Positions 12,230-25,200 of a stretch of 64,000 bases of DNA are shown in pieces. Location: assembly GCF_001194135.2 (NCBI RefSeq), contig NC_068986.1, forward strand, positions 40,383,354-40,447,353. The letters are read 5' to 3'. A model generated the notes under the pieces. It was not told the origin of the DNA. It was given only the letters and a program-made list of their open reading frames with translations, and ran no database searches. The translations under genes and the position numbers were made by a program. How positions within the stretch are numbered: the first letter of the stretch is position 1; each line of letters begins with the position of its first letter. Source of the stretch: Octopus bimaculoides. Taxonomy: Eukaryota.

Positions 12230-12630
12230 GAATTGATAATGGAGATAATAATGAGTTGCTGCGAGGGTTGAAGACCAACATTTCAACCTGTTGCCTTTTA
12301 TCTGAGAGTAAAGAAGGGAGAGGATTAGGGGTTGGTGTTTTGGCTGCAAGCTTGTAAATGTAGGGATTGAAGTGAAAGGATGATGTATGTTTGGAGATGT
12401 GGTATGTGAATTGAAAGGGGTGGCTTTAAGAAAAGGAAGATGACCGTAAAAGAGGGGTGTAACCATGAGAGAAGTGGTATGAGAAGGTCAGAAACTAGAA
12501 TATGAGGTTGTTTTGTGATAGAGGATAGGTTTTCTAATATGCAGAATTATTCATTTAAGCCTCAAACTTTTGTGAAGATGCTGATGCTTAAGTTTGTCTC
12601 TAAAGATGCTGATAGATGATGAGGAGTCTA
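12230..12630 (-). mobile_element. Highly eroded CR1/L2-like LINE RT fragment
   Basis: Minus-strand remnants such as SDKRQQVEMLVFNPRSNSLLSPLS resemble the post-RT region of CR1-group LINEs. Many stops and frameshifts. Confidence 0.35.
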
Positions 12631-13654
12631 AAATGGTCTTTTTTTTCTTCTTTTCACTGTTCTATCATAAACTCTCAGTGTTACTTTGAAAAGTGATAAC
12701 AGAGCCAATGAGGTTTCCAATCTTTTTCCTGATTTATATACATCAATTTCTCCATGCTAGCATAAATATGATTCCCACCTCACTACTGCATATTACACAC
12801 AACAGCTTTGGCATTGGTATAGTGTTAGGGAGCAATTGGTTTTTACAAATGGATACTTTTCTCACTGCTAACCACTCAACAATGAAATGAAAGTGGAACC
12901 GGTTATCAACCAGGTAAACTGAAGCAAACAAAGTTGTTTCTTGTTCAGGTATAGAAAATATCTGCAAGTAATGCTTGAGTAAATGACAATTAGTGGAGTT
13001 AACTTTCTTTTGCTCCAAATTATTGATTAAATTGCCTGGTTGTCCTAAGACTTGGAACTAAAAGGCAGCAAATTTTCCTAGATTCCATAGATTTGAGAAC
13101 CTCTAATATATTCTAATGAGAGTGTAAATGGAAAAGAAGCATGGTTGATTGAATCAATCTCCAGTTCTCGGCCGAGATGATAGTTTCCCAATTTTGGAAT
13201 GAATGAATGAACAGCAAAGTCAACTTTGGTAAAATACGGAGATTAAGCTGTGTGGTTAAGAAGCTTGCTTTATGACCTCCTGGTTTCAGGTTCAGTCCCC
13301 CTGTGTGGCACTTTGGGCAAGTGAAATCTATTATAGCTCCAGGGAGACCAATGCATCGAAGTCTACTGTGTGTGTGTATTTGTCTCTCCCACTACTTAAC
13401 TTAGTGGGTCAGCAAAATAGGCCCATAAAATAAGTATCAAACTTTTTAAAAATTTGGTAAGCAGTCCAGTGATTGAAACGAGTAAAAGATAAAAAGCTAT
13501 TAAGCTGGATTTTGGAACATAAATTAACATGAAATATTGATGTGATGTTTTAATTTAGATTATTTTAAAACATGAAGTTTGTAACATAGAACCAAGAGCA
13601 GTTTCAGGTGGATTGGTATCAAAGAGGTTAAACATATTAGACCACATGCTTAAT

Positions 13655-14055
13655 ACTCTCTTTTACTCTCTTATTTGTTTCAGTCATTTGACTGCAGCCA
13701 TGCTGGAGCACTGCTTTAAAGTGTTTTTAGTTGGAGAAATCGACCTCAGGACTTATTCTTTGTGAACATAGTACTTATTCTATCAGTCTTTTTTGTTGAA
13801 CGGTTAAGTTACAGGGATGTAAACACACCAACATTGGTTGTAGAGCAATGGTGGGAGGGCAAACACAGATGCAAAGATATACGCACATAAACATATACAT
13901 ATATGCATTCATACAATGGGCTTCTTTCAGTTTCCATCTACCAGATCCTCTCACAAGGCTATAGTAGAAGATATCCAAGGTGCCATGCAGTGAGACTGAA
14001 CCCTGACCCATGTGGTTGGGAAGCAAGCTTTTTACCACACAGCTACACCTGCACC
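13655..14055 (-). mobile_element. SINE family A (a + strand copy lies at 13240-13495)
   Basis: Homology to 666-1088. Confidence 0.8.
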
Positions 14056-15827
14056 TCTGTCAAATCTGGAATTTCTTATTTTCTTATGTGTTTCAGCTGA
14101 AACACTGACTCTTCAGAAGTTCAAATATTAACTTTATTCAGCTGTCTATCTACAACAGTCTGGGAAACTTCATCCAGCTGTCTAAAATGGTCTGTCAAAA
14201 ATTACAGATACTCTACTTCCCCTTCAGGGTAAACTATATTCGCGAAGGAAGGTAACATTATAACCCACTCACACATTATTTACACTTCACAAAAACTAAA
14301 CAATTAGCCAGCTAGGAGACTTCCATGTGGTTACACAGTTTGTCAGAAATAGTAGCTGAAATTTCTCTCAAATCTGAACCTGCCACCTTGAGGATATATT
14401 GGACCATGAAGTTCCTGATATACAAAATGATAGGATGGTCAATGACTGGTATGCTTTTGATCAGGGCTTACTTGAAGCTAAATAACAACTGCTAAATAAT
14501 ATTAATAATATCAAAAGGCTTTCAGAGAAATTTGTAGTTAAAATACAGCTGACGACAACCACAAGACCATTGAAAATTTTGGAGTAAAACACAGCTGAAG
14601 AACTTCATATCTAAAAGGAAGTTGGTGGGTGGGAAGCTAAGTGTTAAACATTTCATGAGAGCTAAAATGATGGTTCAACTACCTTATCATACACATACAT
14701 ACAAGTACAAATTAACTTATTGGTACACACACACACACGCATGCATTCATGTACCCATATATACACGCATATAGATATTATAAATACACATATATGTATG
14801 TATTTACTTGTGTGTGTCCATGTTTATGCTTACACTTCTTAAAAACCAATGTAGTAATTATGTTGTGTCCAGTTGTCATTTAACTTAACAGTTCAATAAA
14901 TAGAGATAAATAATATAGTACACCAGAGTGAATTGACTACTGAAGTTAATACAAATAGGCTAACTACCCCCCATAGCAGTAACACAATGACTAAAACTAG
15001 TAAGGGAATAACTGAATGCACGTGCACACACGCACGCACGCACACACACACACATAGAAATGCACAGAAGGAATAAGAGTTGAAGACAAAAAAGGATAAG
15101 GGGAGAGAGAAATAAGAGAGAAAGGGGAAATTATATAGCACAATGTAACTTAAGCAATTTCCGAATGTCAACTGAAGGTATAAAAATCTCCAATGCAAGA
15201 ATGGTAATTTCCATTCCAGTCTAGTGTAAGATCAAAGAGCCGCCTTCTAACATTTTCATCTCCAATCATTGCATTCCATGAAACTTTCTATCCCTACTTC
15301 TGAGCAACAGGTGTAATTGTAAACAACAATGAGTTTTGACCTTTGACACTGACATTGATTGTATTAACATCAAAAGCCAATGTTGCTACAAGTTTGGAAA
15401 TCTAGCTTCCTCAATGTGCAATATTAGATAAAACCAAAGACCCCGTTCATAGTGCTCTGACAAGGTTGTGGGTTGGGTTACACTTTTCTTTTTCTCCCCT
15501 TTTTTTTATTATCATTTTTTTAATCTTCTTGTAAATCTCAAAACACTTTGATTTTTCACTCTGTAGTGTATTTTACTTTGTTAAATGGACATTAGTAGAA
15601 AAACCTAACCTGTTAAGTGCTAAGTAACTGACAAAATTGTCTTGTAGAGCAATCGGTGTTTCTCATGGCAAAGAGGGGCTTGTAAAGATTGAAATAAGAA
15701 CAAACAAAATAGCTATGTTCAATAAAATTAAGGTGGTTTTTAAACTTTCTGAAGCTGTCTAAATTCATGACAAATATGAAAATTTACTTGTAGTTTATAT
15801 GTGTGTGTGTTTATATGTATATATTTA

Positions 15828-15888
<61 letters not shown>

Positions 15889-15959
15889 TTATATGTTTCA
15901 GTAGACCATAAATCTGAAAGAGAAGCACACTCTTAATTATAGAGCAGTAGAATATTTGA

Positions 15960-16065
15960 AGAAAGATACTTATGGCTGGTTCATGCGATTACCCAGGATT
16001 TTGTGCCCATGAAATGCTGATGCGAAACTTTGGTAACCCTGTGAACCAGCCATAACTATCTTTCT
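15960..16065. repeat. 106-bp imperfect inverted repeat (hairpin)
   Basis: AGAAAGATAcTTATGGCTGGTTCA (15960-15983) pairs with TGAACCAGCCATAAcTATCTTTCT (16042-16065) at 23/24 positions. The stem continues imperfectly for about 14 bp. Confidence 0.9.
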
Positions 16066-16590
16066 CCCCCCTCTCTTTCTCTATATACATATATGTATAT
16101 ATATATATATATGCATATATATATATATATATATCTGTGGTTTTCCTTTATGGGTAGGATCAACAAAAAATCTACTTGACCCAGTGAGAGACAAATGTTT
16201 GATAAACCTAGGATTTAAATGTGAGCTACTGTAAGTTTCATGCTCTGTTAGTACAATTGTTGGAACTGTTTGTATAGCTTGTGTAGTCTTTTGGGTTCAA
16301 TATATATATATATATATATATATGAGTTTGGTGGGATATATTATCCAGCAGATACAATGATTCTCAGTTAAGCTACAGTTAATGGGTAACCACTTCACTT
16401 CGATCAGTATTTAACTTCTGTGACTACTATTAGTTGTCAGTCATTCCAGGAATTCTTCTGATGGGTAATTCTGTGTATGCTTTGCTGGATGGTAAAACTG
16501 TTTGAAGTATATACTATAATTAATAGTAAAGGGTATGCAGATTTGTTCATCCTCAAAATTTATTTTACAATTTTATATATTATATTCTTT

Positions 16591-16635
<45 letters not shown>

Positions 16636-17501
16636 CCATTTTACTAAGGCCTGACATTATGGGGGAGGGGACTAGTTGATTACATTGATCCCAGAATTTC
16701 ATTGGTACGTAGTTTAACGACCCCCAAACAGATGAAAGGCAAAGTTAACCTCAGCGGAATTTGAACTCAGAACATAGTGACAGTTGAAATGCCGCTAAGC
16801 ATTTTAGCTGGTGTGCTAACAAATCTGCCAGCTTGCTGCCTTCAGATAATAATAATCATCATAATAATAATAGTAATATATAATGTCCCAAACATATTTG
16901 AACTGATCTAAAAGTTTTTTGTTTTTTTTCAAAGCACTGCTTTGCATGCTGTCTATCTGTCTAAACACATTTTGTGTGTATGTGTGTCTGTTTGTGTTTT
17001 TGGTATATTGTTTATGATTGTGGCTTTTTATATCATGTAATTTAGCAATTCAACAAATGGAGATTGACTAAAGAAGTACCAGACTGAAACAAGTACTGAG
17101 GTTGATATAATTCACTAAAACCATTGGAGACAGGGTCTACAGTATGGCCACAGTCCAATAACTGAAACTAGTAAAAAAATATATCTTAATAATACTGTCA
17201 CATTAAATAAGTAACATGAATTACCAACACTTCTCATATAATTCAGTTATATAACAAAAACAATGATACAGAGTATATCAATTACAAGCAGGAACTGTAG
17301 CCAAAAGACAGAGTTTATGCAAGACAGAGTTTATGATAATGATATGGCAACTTACTGTAACTTGTGCAAAATAAACTCATTAATTTTTAGCTTTCAAAAT
17401 GAATGGTGGCCATGGATGTTTAGCTGCAGGTCAAACTTATGATCAAATGTGTTCCAGCTGTGAACATCTAATGTGTGTGCATGTATGTGCATTTACAAGT
17501 G

Positions 17502-17710
17502 CAAATGGGTGCTGAAAAGTTTCTGGCTTTGGGTAAAAGAAAATACAGGAGGATCAGTTAATTATGATTTTATGCAACATATTCCTGCCCCTCTCAGATT
17601 CATATACTTGTTGCAGATGTCTTTCAGTTTTTCTAAGCCCTGCAAAAGAACTTGAAAGGTTGGGCATCCAACGAGGCCTTTTCAGCCAGGAACTTTTCAG
17701 GACCCCCTCA
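17502..17710 (-). mobile_element. Mariner-derived MITE
   Basis: Same TIRs and body as 4722-4939, in the opposite orientation. Confidence 0.85.
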
Positions 17711-18254
17711 TAAGTACAGACAGTGTACCAAGGACTACATGCAAACTTCCTTTTTTTCAAAAAAAATATTTGGCAAGACTTGTCTGCTATTTCTAAAAGC
17801 TTGCTTTTTTATTTCATGTTCTGGCGCCCATTTACTTTTCATTTCACTAGGTGCATCAGAACGCATACAATAGATCCCTGGAATGTGTTCAAGGGGCAAG
17901 AATTTTAATCTATTGGATTGTAAGGCCATAAACAAATGGTCTTGATTAAATGCATCTGAGGTGAAATGGGATGGGGGTTATCCTGGGAGTGCTCATCAAC
18001 CAAGTATATTCTGAAGAAGAATTAACATACCATCCGTGCACACTAATGAACTGAAGTACCTCACCAGTTCTACTGAAATGCTGCTAACTAGAACCATGAG
18101 TTATTCCTATCCTGCAACATTTGTTTTCAACTAGATAGGCAAGGCCATTTGAGAGATGAACGTTTTGCCTCTTGACCCAAAGTAGTGCAGGTTACAGGAT
18201 GCAAATAAACTGATAATCTTTCAGTTATTTTTTTTAGTAAACAATTATCTTTTA

Positions 18255-18625
18255 CTTGTTCCAGTCATTGGACTGTAGTTTGTTAAGGCTCTGCCTTGAA
18301 GGGTTTAGTAATGGAACAAATTAACACCAGTACTTATTTTTCAAAAGTCTGTTACTTATTCTATCAATCTCATTTACCGAAACCGTTACGTTACTGGGAT
18401 GTAAACAAACCAACACTGGTTGTCAAACAGTTGAGGACACACATATACACACACATGATGGACTTCTACTCAGTTTCCATTTATCAATATTCCCTCACAA
18501 AGTATTGGTTAGCCTGTTGGTTGGTCTGGACCAGTAGGAGAAGATACTTGCCAAAGGTGCTGCATAGTGGGACTGAACCTGAAACCATGTGGTTACAAAG
18601 CAAACATTGTCTAAAGCAACAGCTT
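18255..18625 (-). mobile_element. SINE family A, old copy
   Basis: Homology to 666-1088. Confidence 0.75.
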
Positions 18626-20506
18626 TTGTTTTTAATTCCAACAACAATATGGTAACAAAAGGGTTAATGGGAAGAGAAAAGCAGACATGATTCAAGGGTC
18701 TAGGCTAGAAGTGTTAATCTGCCAGCAAGTTCAGACATATGGAGACCATTGTAGTAGTAGTAGTAATAGCAGAAGCAGAGAGAACTTGGCTCAATTATGA
18801 AGAAGACATGAGGTGAGTGAAGATGTATTCATGAACTACAGAAAAGGTATTGGTTAAGTTAGCATTAATTAGCATGACAATAGTAAATATCCTTTCCACT
18901 ATTACACATGTGAGCAGTGACACATAAGATAGCAGTGTTAATGAATATTTTCTATAAGACACAATGTAATGCAAAGACAGTATTTTGTGTTTGCCAAGGG
19001 AGTTGAAGGATTTGCTTATTTTTCTCCCGATTTGCTTTCAGATTCAGTTCTAACTTTCCAGAATATGACTTGCATTTAAGAATGCATTGAATGAAAGTAT
19101 TAACTTGTAGCCAAAAGATAAATATATTATTAACTTAACTGAGTGAGAAAGGAGTATAAATGTGCCAAGACGGTAGTTCATTTGAAAAACAAGCAACAAC
19201 AGATTTTAGTTGTTGGTGCTGCCAAATATAGGTTCAAAGAGAAATCAATAAAAGAATGGTTAGATTCAATTCTATGTTCAATAGAAAGATATCAGTTCAG
19301 AAGAATAATAACACACAGTTCAAGAAAACTTCATTTATGTGAATAGTAACTAGTTAATGTAATTCAGATGCTGTTTTCTTAAGCAAAGTAGCATAGTTAC
19401 TATAAAAGCTTTATATTTCTATAGGTGTTTTCTCCAACTGTGCAGGTACCATAGAAATGTGATAATTATCCAGCAAGTAATGTATATGTCTTTCAACTAT
19501 AGGCACAAAGCCTGAAATTTTGGGAAAGATGCTAGTCAATGACATTGACCCCAGTATGTGACTAGTACTTATTTTATTGACCTTGAAAGGATGAAAAGTA
19601 TAGCCAACCTTGATGGAATTTGAACTTAGAACGTAAACAATTTGAAGAAATGTTGCTTAGCATCTTGTCTAACATGCTAACAATTTTGCTAGCTCACCAC
19701 TTTAGCAAGTAATGAAATTTATATGTTCATTCTCCAGCTGAGATGTTTTATTTCATGTCATCTTGTCCCTCTGTTTTCCAGCTGATTCTATGTAATTCAC
19801 ATTTGTCTAAGTCAAGCATTCCTCTTTGGGACCAGAAATTACTTGAGGCTTCAACGATTACTGATCCTCAGTAAAGTTCAGGTGAAACTTGAGTGATCTC
19901 ACATCTTGGAGGATGCAGCTGCTGCATTTTAGATCACATATCCTATACATTCTGGATCACATTCAAAGAAAGTGCAGCTGACAGATTTGCATGAAGTTGC
20001 TCCAACCTCTGAACCACAAATGTGTTGTATCCTCTCTCTCTGCCTTCTCTATTGCTTTTTAAGGCTTCTGCACCTTAGAGCTAACTGTGTTTGTATCACT
20101 TCCATTCAAGCACACTTGAGTATCTCTCCCTCTTTTCATCATCACCCTCTAATGTCTGTTTTCCTTGCTGGCATGAGTTCGATGGTTTGACAGGAGTTGG
20201 CTAGCAAGAGAGCTGCACCAGATTCCAATTGTCTGTTTTGACATTTTTGGCTTCGTAAATAACATGTGGAAGTATAACAAGCAGTAGTGTCATTGGCCAA
20301 TAAGAGGGTTTCTACTTGGTTGCTCAACTTAAAACAAAATAGCAACCAAATTTTCCTCACATCACACCCTACTACCTTAAAAAAGAAAGGCTGGTCATAA
20401 TTGGAATGTCTTTGATCATATGCCTACTTATAAGTGGATTTGGTAAATGGACACTGAAACAAGCCCGTCTATATATATATATATATATCTATATATATAT
20501 ATATAT

Positions 20507-20662
20507 TCTCCGTGTTTTTCTCCTTGTCTCCGTATTCTTTCTGTTGAAGAGCGTAGCTCGAAACGTCAAAGACTTTCCGTATTCCCGAGCGTCATACTAA
20601 TATATACTTTTGTTATTTACACCACCTGTCCTCGTCTGTTGTTATTATTTGTATATTCTCCC
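20507..20662 (+). mobile_element. PLE terminal fragment
   Basis: Flanked by (TA)n on both sides, homologous to 3600-3780, and contains the hammerhead fold at 20536-20572. Confidence 0.7.
20536..20572 (+). ncRNA. Minimal type I hammerhead ribozyme fold (A6->U variant)
   Basis: TCTTT-CTGTTGA-A-GAGC(GTA)GCTC-GAAA-CGTC-AAAGA: 5-bp stem I, 4-bp stem II, palindromic ACGT stem III and a GUC triplet with predicted cleavage after 20567. Confidence 0.6.
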
Positions 20663-21791
20663 ATATATATATATATATATATGTATGTAGGTATGTATGT
20701 ATGTATCTATCTATGTGTGTCTGTGTTTATCCACCACTACTTGACAACTGGTGTTGATGTGTTTATGTCCCCATAACTTTGCAGTTCAGCAAAAGAGACC
20801 AATAGAATAAGTATCAGGCTTAGTAAAAAAATAAGTACTGGAGTTGATTTGTTCAATTAAAACTTGTCAAAGCATTGCCCCAGCATGGCCACAGTCAAAT
20901 GACTGAAACAAGTAAAATATTTAAAAAAATAAAAGATAAATAAGTGTTGCACTTGACAGAGTAATCTGAAGGCTAAAGGGTTAGATTATCTCCAGAAAAC
21001 TAGAAAATCCAGAAATCCAGGACATTTCCAGTCCTAAGCTTGCTTGATAATTGGTCTGGTGCTGTGTGTGAGTTCAAATTCTTCCACTGCAATGACTGAC
21101 TTTCTTTAAACTCAGTACAGGAAAACAACAAAGTACTTAACTGTGATTTAACAGCCTAATGGTTTATGAGACTTAATGAAAATAGGAAATCAAATTGTAT
21201 TAGAATTAAAGATATTAGTACAAAACCCCTAATGACACTCTTGAAGAGTTAATCATTGACTCTTTTGTTTTTGCTGGAAGATGTAAATTAATTACTCTTC
21301 GGACTTCCATAATAGGGTGGGGGTGGGGGGGGGTNNNNNNNNNNNNNNNNNNNNNNNNNNNNNNNNNNNNNNNNNNNNNNNNNNNNNNNNNNNNNNNNNN
21401 NNNNNNNNNNNNNNNNNNTTAAAGATGGATTAATCCTTACAAATGAGAAAATGTTGTTAAATTAAAAGACTTGCTTTAAAAAAGAAAACAGAAAAGAAAA
21501 GAAAATATTATGCTTTAGCTAGAAGGTAAACATTTTGGCACTGCACTAATTGTTCTTGTTAGCTGTGAAGATTCTAATTTCTAACCTGTCAGCATGACTT
21601 AACTTGGAAGATGCATTTGAAAGAAGGTGAATCCAGTTTTTTTTTGCTCACAGCTGAATTTAATTACTTTAATTATTTGTGATTTTGGAAACTAATGACC
21701 TTTTGCGCTTGAAGACCGTTTATTTATCTTTATTATCATTTCTTTTTGGGTTATATTTCAGTTTATTTGAAATGCACATGCATACAAATGC

Positions 21792-21824
<33 letters not shown>

Positions 21825-23157
21825 TTCCCTCTCTCACACACAATAAACAGGCATATACTTCACACACACGGTCACTATACACAATCACTATACTAGCTTC
21901 ACTGCATTCACCTAAGTCAATGAATGAGTCAGTCTCTACTTGGTTGCTTCATGTGCTACAAAATAGCAACCAAATTTTCCTCATATTGCACCCTATTACC
22001 TTAAACTAGATGAGATGTTCATGGTTGGAATGCCTTTTACAATATGTTTACTCAATCAAGTCTGATCTGGGACTAAACCCCCTCACACAGTCATTTCACT
22101 CACTTTTGAATCAAGAATGATAGCAAGGAAGCTTGTGTGAATGAATGAGTGTGTGTATGTGTGTGCATAAAGAGGGAGAGAGATTTGAGTGTGTTTGTGC
22201 ATGTTTATACACATACAAAGTGACTGATGCTTATTTTCTTGGGCCCCAGGAAGAATAAAAATGTAGCAGACTTCATTGAGATTTCAACTTGGAAATACAC
22301 AGAGATGAAACTGACGTTCTATTGTCTTAGCCATATTCTCCTGCTTAAATATGGATCTTTTTTTTTTTTTTGAAAAGCTCGTGGAATGTATAGTTCGTCC
22401 AATTGATCCCACTTCCTTACTTATATCACCCATGGAATGAAATGCAAAGGCCTGACCCTCTTGAGATTTGAACTCAGATCATAGAGGGACAAATCTGAAT
22501 AAATACTTCAAGAAAATTTTGCCAGCATGCTAGACTCTTCTGCTATCACTGCTAGATAGCAATTCTTAATTTGCTAAGCTCTATGTTAGCTCTGACTGAG
22601 CAGATTAAAGACACTCCAACCATGACCTTTCCATCTTTTTAGGGTGATGGTATTATATTATCTTGCTCCATATTTTAACATATACGTAAACTGAGCTCCC
22701 CATCACCACTACCACATTCCCTCTCTATGGTTCATTTTCCCTCTGTATTTCAGAAAAGAGCTAGTTGAGGTATCTAAGATTACATTATCCAATGTACCCG
22801 TCTCCCTGGGAAATTTGGCTGCTATTTCTAGCAGGTCAAGCAACACAGTTGCTCCATTATTTTGATATATATGTAAATTGAAACTCCCCTCCCCCATCAT
22901 CACTACTATATTCCCTCTCTACTGCTCATTTTTCTCCACTGTATTTCAGAGAGGGTCCAGTTAATATTATTAGCCAGGTTGTAATGAAAGCATGTGACCA
23001 TATTTTGTAGCTTGCAGAGAGATGTGAGAAAATAGATGAGATTTTTGTAAGTGAAGACATTATTGCTTGTGAGAGTTCTTTCAGTTAGCATTAGAAATTG
23101 TGACCTTGGCATTAATGATAGTATGAATATGAACCACAGATAGTCTGGCCAGGTGAT

Positions 23158-23230
23158 ATGTGGTTTGTGCATGTGTTTGTCACCTTTGCAATGATATTTG
23201 TTTTGATTGGGTTGTCACAAGCTCTGGGTG
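23158..23230 (+). CDS. Candidate signal-peptide exon for the LDLa gene
   Basis: MWFVHVFVTFAMIFVLIGLSQAL(G). Two weak phase-1 donors (G|GTGGTA after 23227, G|GTATAC after 23230) are frame-compatible with the phase-1 acceptor at 25681. Confidence 0.3.
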
Positions 23231-24062
23231 GTATACATCCTTACTTCATGAATAACTACATCTCTTTTTACTTTACTGTATCCTATATAACTTTTTTCAA
23301 ATCTATAACCTACCTTACTATGGAATTTGTGTGTGTGTGCATTCCCTTGTCTTGATAGTTGTAAATATCACTGTTATACAAGTGATGTTGTTCATTTCTA
23401 GCCTTCTGGCAAAAACATGTCTAGCCATGTGAAATATAACTCTACTTGGGAGCAAGTAATAGTTGGTGACAGTAAGGATATCTGGCCTTAGAAGAATCAG
23501 CCATAAGAAATTCCATCTGACCTATGCAAGCATGGGAAAGTGGACAGTAAACAGTGATGAAGATATTCATAATTTTATTCATTCACTCTGTAAAGTGCTC
23601 TGATTTCTGTAGCCACACTCTTGCAGCAACAACATCTATTTGAATTGAATTCTACCAAACTATAGTACTTGATGTATCAGATTTCTCAATTACAATTCTC
23701 CTTTAAGTTTAAATTTCAAAATTGGATTGATGAAAAATTACACAGATTGAAATACGTGAATGCAACTGCAATATTAGAACATTGAACAAATACGAAATAG
23801 ATTAACTGCATATAATTCTAATTGTAATTGAATATATCGATGACTTGTTTTTCAGATGGTTCTTTGACTTTTGTTCACATGTAGCCATTTGCCACTTACT
23901 ACCAATGTTATTTTATCATGGAGATAATGAAGAACCTGTAATGAATGCATGTAACTCCCAAAAAAAAAAAAAATTTTCTATTAAATAGCTTTCTGTGAAA
24001 AGGTAAATCTAGTTTTACTGTTGCTGTTTTCACACACATGCACACTCGCATGTATGTATGCC

Positions 24063-24114
<52 letters not shown>

Positions 24115-24599
24115 GATAACACAACTGTGTTTGAGCTTGATCTTTGTTAATGATTTTTATTAGTTTTAAAGAGAAACATTGTTGATATTTGTGAGTGCAG
24201 AGAGAGAGAGAGAAAGAAAGATGGAGAGAGAGAGGTATATGTACTTAACACATGTGGAGAGTTTAAACAATTATATTAAAATCTTACTCAGCATTGTTTA
24301 ATTTACTTCCATAAATTCTAAAAGCTTGTCTGATTGTTTGGATGCTTAATATTGAGTGGTAAGGCAGTCATGGCTTCTAAATAAGGTTAAGTGACATTGG
24401 CAGAAGACTGAGGCTCATTCTCATTAGCTTGTTTGAAGCATGTGGTGGAATCCGTATCTTAACAAATGTCAATAGCTGCTAGATGGCAGGTAGTGGTAGC
24501 ATAAGAAATAGCTTCCTTGTTTTCATTAGAATGTCCAATGCAATATAAATTTCAGTTACTTTTTGTAGGATGTCATTAACAGATAATGGCTTAAAATTA

Positions 24600-24950
24600 G
24601 TTGATGAAGATTTCTACAGATGTCAGAACTATAACAGTTTTGATTTCCTTACTAAGGAACATAACTGGTTGTTGGAATATGCTCAGTTTCTTGTAGGGAC
24701 AACATCAATAGTTTTGCACTCAGGATAAGAAGGTCCTTGATGGAAATGTTCCATGTTAGAGGATATTTCTCTGATTCTGAAGTTTCCAGATCAAATGGGA
24801 CAAGGATGTGGAATTTTCCCTTTCCCTGGAGGCAGAGTATATATATGTTAAGTGTACCTTCCCTTGGAGTCATTGACTGTAAGCTCTGTGTAGTTCTTTG
24901 GGATACCATCAAATTTACTCCTATCTAAGCCATGTTAACATGGTAAAACA
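24600..24950 (-). mobile_element. Second PLE family: eroded GIY-YIG C-terminal relic
   Basis: Across frameshifts: NYTELTVNDSKGRY...ERENSTSLSHLIWKLQNQ...TWNISIK...LSLQETEHI, matching the PLE pattern YIG.T...FK.RY..H...NST.LS..IW.LK...W.I...CL.EK..I. Confidence 0.55.
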
Positions 24951-24977
24951 GTTGTTCAATGAAACAAGTCAATGAAG

Positions 24978-25135
24978 GAATGGCTGCATGGTTAAGAAGC
25001 TTGCTTTGTGACCGTGTGGTTTCAAGTTCAGTTCCAGTGTGCAGTGCACCTTGGGCAAGTGTTTTCTACTATAGCTCCAGGCTGATCAGAGCCTTGTGAG
25101 TGTGGCAAAATCTGTGTGGAAGCCTGTTGTGTGTG

Positions 25136-25200
<65 letters not shown>

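Larger units (their letters stand above)
20430..20920 (+). mobile_element. 5'-truncated SINE family A, interrupted in its (TA)n tract by a PLE terminal fragment
   Basis: The SINE body resumes after the (TA)n at about 20700 and runs to the tail at about 20920. Confidence 0.8.

Noticed and set aside
22306-22360. MKLTFYCLSHILLLKYG as a signal-peptide exon
   Set aside because: No GT donor at a compatible position.
24570-24731. 53-aa plus-strand ORF MSLTDNGLKLVDEDFYRC... after an AG
   Set aside because: It is antisense to the PLE GIY-YIG relic and has no recognisable domain.
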